From positions 24,931 through 73,072 of the forward strand of contig MHQW01000043.1 in assembly GCA_001820785.1 (NCBI GenBank): DNA of 48,142 nt. Reading direction: 5' to 3'. This stretch comes from Candidatus Sungbacteria bacterium RIFCSPLOWO2_02_FULL_51_17 (lineage in GTDB: Bacteria > Patescibacteriota > Minisyncoccia > Sungbacterales > GWA2-42-14). Below, piece after piece: positions 44,935-48,142 of the stretch. Numbering within the stretch: position 1 is the first letter of the stretch; each line of letters begins with the position of its first letter. A program made the position numbers and the translations under genes. A model generated the notes under the pieces. It saw only the letters and a program-made list of their open reading frames with translations, was not told the origin of the DNA and did no database searches.

Positions 44935-46596
44935 CTAGCCGATGACGCGTCGTACTTCCGCAAGGTCAGTAACGCCCCTAAGAACTTTCAACACGCCATC
45001 CTGTTTCATGGTGATCTGCCCCTGTCGTTTCATGGCTTCGCGCATTTCGGCAACGGTCGGTGATGTCTTGATGATTTTCTCCAGTTCATCGTCAACGAGG
45101 ATGATTTCAAAAACGCTGATACGGTTTTTATAGCCGAGTTCGCAGGCGGTACACCCTTTTTCATTCGCAGAAAAAATACTGATAGCGGAGAGTTCCGGCC
45201 GTGGCAGTCCCGCCGGCATATCTTCAATTGCTTGCACGATAACCGCGCGCTCGTCGGGGGTTGGTTCATGGGGGGTGCGGCAGACAGGACACAGGCGCCT
45301 GACGAGTCGTTGTGCCATGGCGACATTAATAGCGGGCGCAATGATGTTTGGTTTTACACCTATGTCAATAAGCCGCGGGATCGTTCCTGCGGCATCGTTC
45401 GTATGAAGGGTGGAGAACACCAGGTGTCCGGTAAGGGCGGCGTGAAGAGCCGTCTCCGCTGTTTCTAGATCGCGGATCTCGCCCACCAGAATAACATCGG
45501 GATCCTGGCGCAGGATTGAACGGAGGCCTGATGCGAAATCATATCCGCGCCGCACATCAATCTGCGTTTGTTCAATGCCGCGCAGGTGGTATTCAATCGG
45601 GTTTTCTAGGGTAATGATCTTCGTCTCCGGCGTATACACCTTTTTTATGAACGCATAAAGCGTGGTGGTCTTTCCGGAGCCGGTTGGTCCGGTGGTAAGG
45701 ATCATGCCGTTCGGTTTTTCCAATTCTTTTCTCATGCGCTCTTCCACCCAGGGCTGCATGCCAAGATCTTCAAGGGCCAAGCTGATCGTTTTTGGGTCCA
45801 AAAGCCGCATCACGATATTCTCACCGTCGGGACCGGGAAGCGTGGATACGCGCACCTCCAGTTCGTTGCCGGACGCGCGTATGGTAAAGCGCCCGTCTTG
45901 TCCGCGCTCTTTGATGTTGAGCAGGATCCCGGATATGAGTTTGATGCGGGAAAGAATGAATTTATACGTCGGGGCTGGCAGGAACGCGACATCGTGGAGG
46001 ACCCCATCAAGACGATAGCGGAGACGGATCGCCTCCGGCTGGGGCTCTATATGAATATCCGACGCGTTGAGCTTAAGAGCGCCGCCGATGATGAGCTCCA
46101 GGACCTCGGTAACGCTTTTGTAGATGACGGCATTAATGAGCGGAGTGATGGATTCGGGGGTGGTGATGAGGTTGCGGTAGTGTTCCAGGCGCGCCTCCGA
46201 TACGGTTATTTCTCCGGATATGCTGCCAAGGTCTTCCGGGAGAGATTTATACAGCTCCCATGCCTTTTCCAAACTGTACTGCGATACCAAAAAAAGCTTG
46301 TTCGGATTGTAGCGGTTTTGTTTCAGTTCTTCCAGTACCGCCAAGGTCTCGGGTTTCTGAGGGTTTTTAACTGCGACCTGAAGATTTTTGCCGACTTTTT
46401 GTACGACCGCAAGTCCCGCGCGCCGCGCCTTTTCTTCCGGGACTAGCTTTAGGGCGTCCGTATCTATGGGGACCGTGCCCAAATTCAAATAAGGGATCTT
46501 GTACTTTCCCGCAAGGATCTTCACCATTTCTTCCGCCTCCTGATGGCGGAGCTCTTTTATTTTCAGTTCCTGCCGTTCTTCGTCAAAGGCGACCAT
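44935..46596 (-). CDS. pilB: Type IV pilus/T2SS assembly ATPase (PilB/GspE family)
   Basis: ASDIHIEP, QDGRF, TGPTGSGKTTTLY, LRQDPDVILVGEIRD, TGHLVFSTLHTN, LCPVC...CTAC. Confidence 0.94.
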   Translation of the reverse strand: MVAFDEERQELKIKELRHQEAEEMVKILAGKYKIPYLNLGTVPIDTDALKLVPEEKARRAGLAVVQKVGKNLQVAVKNPQKPETLAVLEELKQNRYNPNKLFLVSQYSLEKAWELYKSLPEDLGSISGEITVSEARLEHYRNLITTPESITPLINAVIYKSVTEVLELIIGGALKLNASDIHIEPQPEAIRLRYRLDGVLHDVAFLPAPTYKFILSRIKLISGILLNIKERGQDGRFTIRASGNELEVRVSTLPGPDGENIVMRLLDPKTISLALEDLGMQPWVEERMRKELEKPNGMILTTGPTGSGKTTTLYAFIKKVYTPETKIITLENPIEYHLRGIEQTQIDVRRGYDFASGLRSILRQDPDVILVGEIRDLETAETALHAALTGHLVFSTLHTNDAAGTIPRLIDIGVKPNIIAPAINVAMAQRLVRRLCPVCRTPHEPTPDERAVIVQAIEDMPAGLPRPELSAISIFSANEKGCTACELGYKNRISVFEIILVDDELEKIIKTSPTVAEMREAMKRQGQITMKQDGVLKVLRGVTDLAEVRRVIG

Positions 46597-46689
46597 GAGG
46601 TTCTGGCGTTACGGAACACCTGTTTGCGCTGAGGGGATGGCGTAGGCGCTACAACGCGCCCGGGGTGCGCGCATAAAGTATACCATCGC

Positions 46690-47799
46690 TTACGAAAGCT
46701 CTCCGAGGAGTTTATGCACACGCTCTTCCGCTTCCAGAAATGTTTTTGGCGTTTTGGCGTGCAAAAAGCCGGTAGCGTGTTCTCGCAGTTCTTTGTGTTC
46801 CCGCATGCGTTCGGCGAGATCCGCGTGTATCGGGGCAAGAACGGTTTCTATCCATTTTTTTTGCGGATGTTCATATAGCGTGACAAATGCGCGAGGCGCC
46901 TGAAAGTATTCTTTGAATTTGGCAAGCACAAATGAAATGTCTTCAGGCGATGTGTTAGTCGTAAGAAAGTCGGTTGCCGGAACGAATGTCCACAACAACG
47001 ACGTCTTCTCATCAAAGCGGGATCGGATGGCGGCCCTGCCCCAGAGCTGTAGAAGCGGCAACGGAACGGTCTTGTGGCGGGCGCGAATGATAGCGTCTTT
47101 GTCCGCGCCAACCTCCAGAAGAAAGGACGCGACCTCAAGAGAAGACGGCGTGGTGCCGGCGCCACAGAAATTCTCCGTTCTCTCAATGATGCCGGCAAGA
47201 AGCCACGAGGCATCCTCCTTGCGGATGTCTGCGTCCAGCTCGTCGGTGAGAAGCTCGTAGACAAGCTCTGAGAGAGAGCTTGTACGGACGTTTACCGCAT
47301 TGATCGTTGCGAACCTGTCGTTTTTTGGCGAGATGTCTATGTTGATGATCGGGTTCTTATAAAAAAGCGGAGGATGTTCTTCAAATTCTTTTCCGAAATG
47401 CTCCGGCCCCGGAATGCCGATGGTAATAATAAGATCATACTCTATGGTGCGGGCATGGACGCGGACATCTTCTTTTTTAATCTCCGCGTTTCGCGGTGTA
47501 AGGACGATGTGCACAAACTCCGCATCTGTTTCGTAGCGGATCTGTTTGATCGGAGATGAGGCAATAGGAATGGAAAGAACGCACTCGCCCGGAGCGGCCG
47601 GTTCGCTGGTACCCGAGAGAAGGAAGTGCCATTGTTTCGGCGGCAGGACCTCTCTCGTAAACACCGCCGTTTTGCCAAGGGCTGTCAGCGCGGTTTTTAG
47701 CACGAGGCCCGCCGCAAACTCATCTATGCCGTATGACAGCGGCAGCATGACCCCGATCCGCTGTGCCTTTTGTATCAGTTGTTTTGTTTCGTTCCACAT
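46690..47799 (-). CDS. Degenerate DHH/NrnA-like protein
   Basis: YDLIITIG, PIINID, N.RFATIN.V...SSLSE, LLAGII..T.NF and LWGRA; the DHH triad is replaced by DIS. Confidence 0.8.
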   Translation of the reverse strand: MWNETKQLIQKAQRIGVMLPLSYGIDEFAAGLVLKTALTALGKTAVFTREVLPPKQWHFLLSGTSEPAAPGECVLSIPIASSPIKQIRYETDAEFVHIVLTPRNAEIKKEDVRVHARTIEYDLIITIGIPGPEHFGKEFEEHPPLFYKNPIINIDISPKNDRFATINAVNVRTSSLSELVYELLTDELDADIRKEDASWLLAGIIERTENFCGAGTTPSSLEVASFLLEVGADKDAIIRARHKTVPLPLLQLWGRAAIRSRFDEKTSLLWTFVPATDFLTTNTSPEDISFVLAKFKEYFQAPRAFVTLYEHPQKKWIETVLAPIHADLAERMREHKELREHATGFLHAKTPKTFLEAEERVHKLLGELS

Positions 47800-47845
47800 G
47801 CTGTGGTGGGCGTGACATTTTATATGATGTCTTACAAGTTATTCC

Positions 47846-47876
47846 ATTCGTAGCGTTTTCCTTGTGTGCCAGTCAA
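47846..47876 (-). promoter_or_regulatory. Promoter of the DHH-pilB operon
   Basis: TTGACT-18 nt-TACGAAT on the minus strand; same geometry as the comM promoter. Confidence 0.5.
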
Positions 47877-47981
47877 CTTTGACGTGTGCGCATCCTGCAT
47901 CCGGCGACGCTTGTCCGGTAACGGACCTTTGTCATTCTCCTGAACCTGTAGTACGGTAAAGGCACGCTCTCTTCATTGCCC

Positions 47982-48142
47982 GCCGAGATGGCTCGTGGCG
48001 CGGAAAAAGTGGCTTCGTATTCACCAACGAAAGCGGTGGCACGAACTCCAGGGACGAAGGTCCCGTGCGCGCGGACTGGACGCGGAGCGCATTGCGGTAG
48101 AGGCGACCAAAGAGCTTCTCCGCAGCCGCTTCTTTGACGCCT
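47982..48142 (+). ncRNA. tRNA-like 5' end followed by a multibranched structured insert (truncated by the window end)
   Basis: TTGTCA-17-TACGGT promoter (47929-47957); GCCGAGA-TG-GCTC; 47997-48015 pairs with 48124-48141 and encloses three hairpins. Confidence 0.35.

Noticed and set aside
47988-48137. Short + strand ORF MARGAEKVAS...
   Set aside because: No protein features; the region is better explained by extensive base pairing.
1-48142. CRISPR array, rRNA, prophage or alternative genetic code
   Set aside because: No regularly spaced repeats, rRNA-like tracts or phage genes seen; conserved genes such as xer, dnaA and rsmA end at TGA, consistent with code 11.

Overview
Replication-origin region of a Patescibacteria/CPR (Parcubacteria-like) chromosome, standard genetic code. 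The lineage is inferred from the gene set and synteny, not from an rRNA marker. The origin cluster jag-yidC-yidD-rnpA-rpmH / dnaA-oriC-dnaN abuts a 12.3 kb, 11-gene VirB4/VirB6/PrgI/pilin (T4SS-like) locus that has no relaxase or integrase in the window. Housekeeping genes include xer recombinase, rpsO-NYN-pnp, comM, uvrD, rsmA, a class A PBP, tyrS, ruvC, yebC, ruvB and pilB. The most unusual signals are non-coding: (1) a 'Russian-doll' tRNA-Lys locus, where an intact tRNA sits at the tip of a long hairpin inside the D-loop of a second, degenerate tRNA-Lys copy that carries further palindromic inserts, with a possible second case cut off at the window end; (2) a promoter-driven, orphan, highly structured ~190-300 nt RNA between ruvB and pilB; (3) a shared TTGAC-N19-TACGAAT (CIN-box-like) promoter upstream of comM and of the pilB operon; (4) two REPIN/MITE-like elements; (5) a zinc-ribbon insertion in TyrRS; (6) frequent leaderless gene starts.
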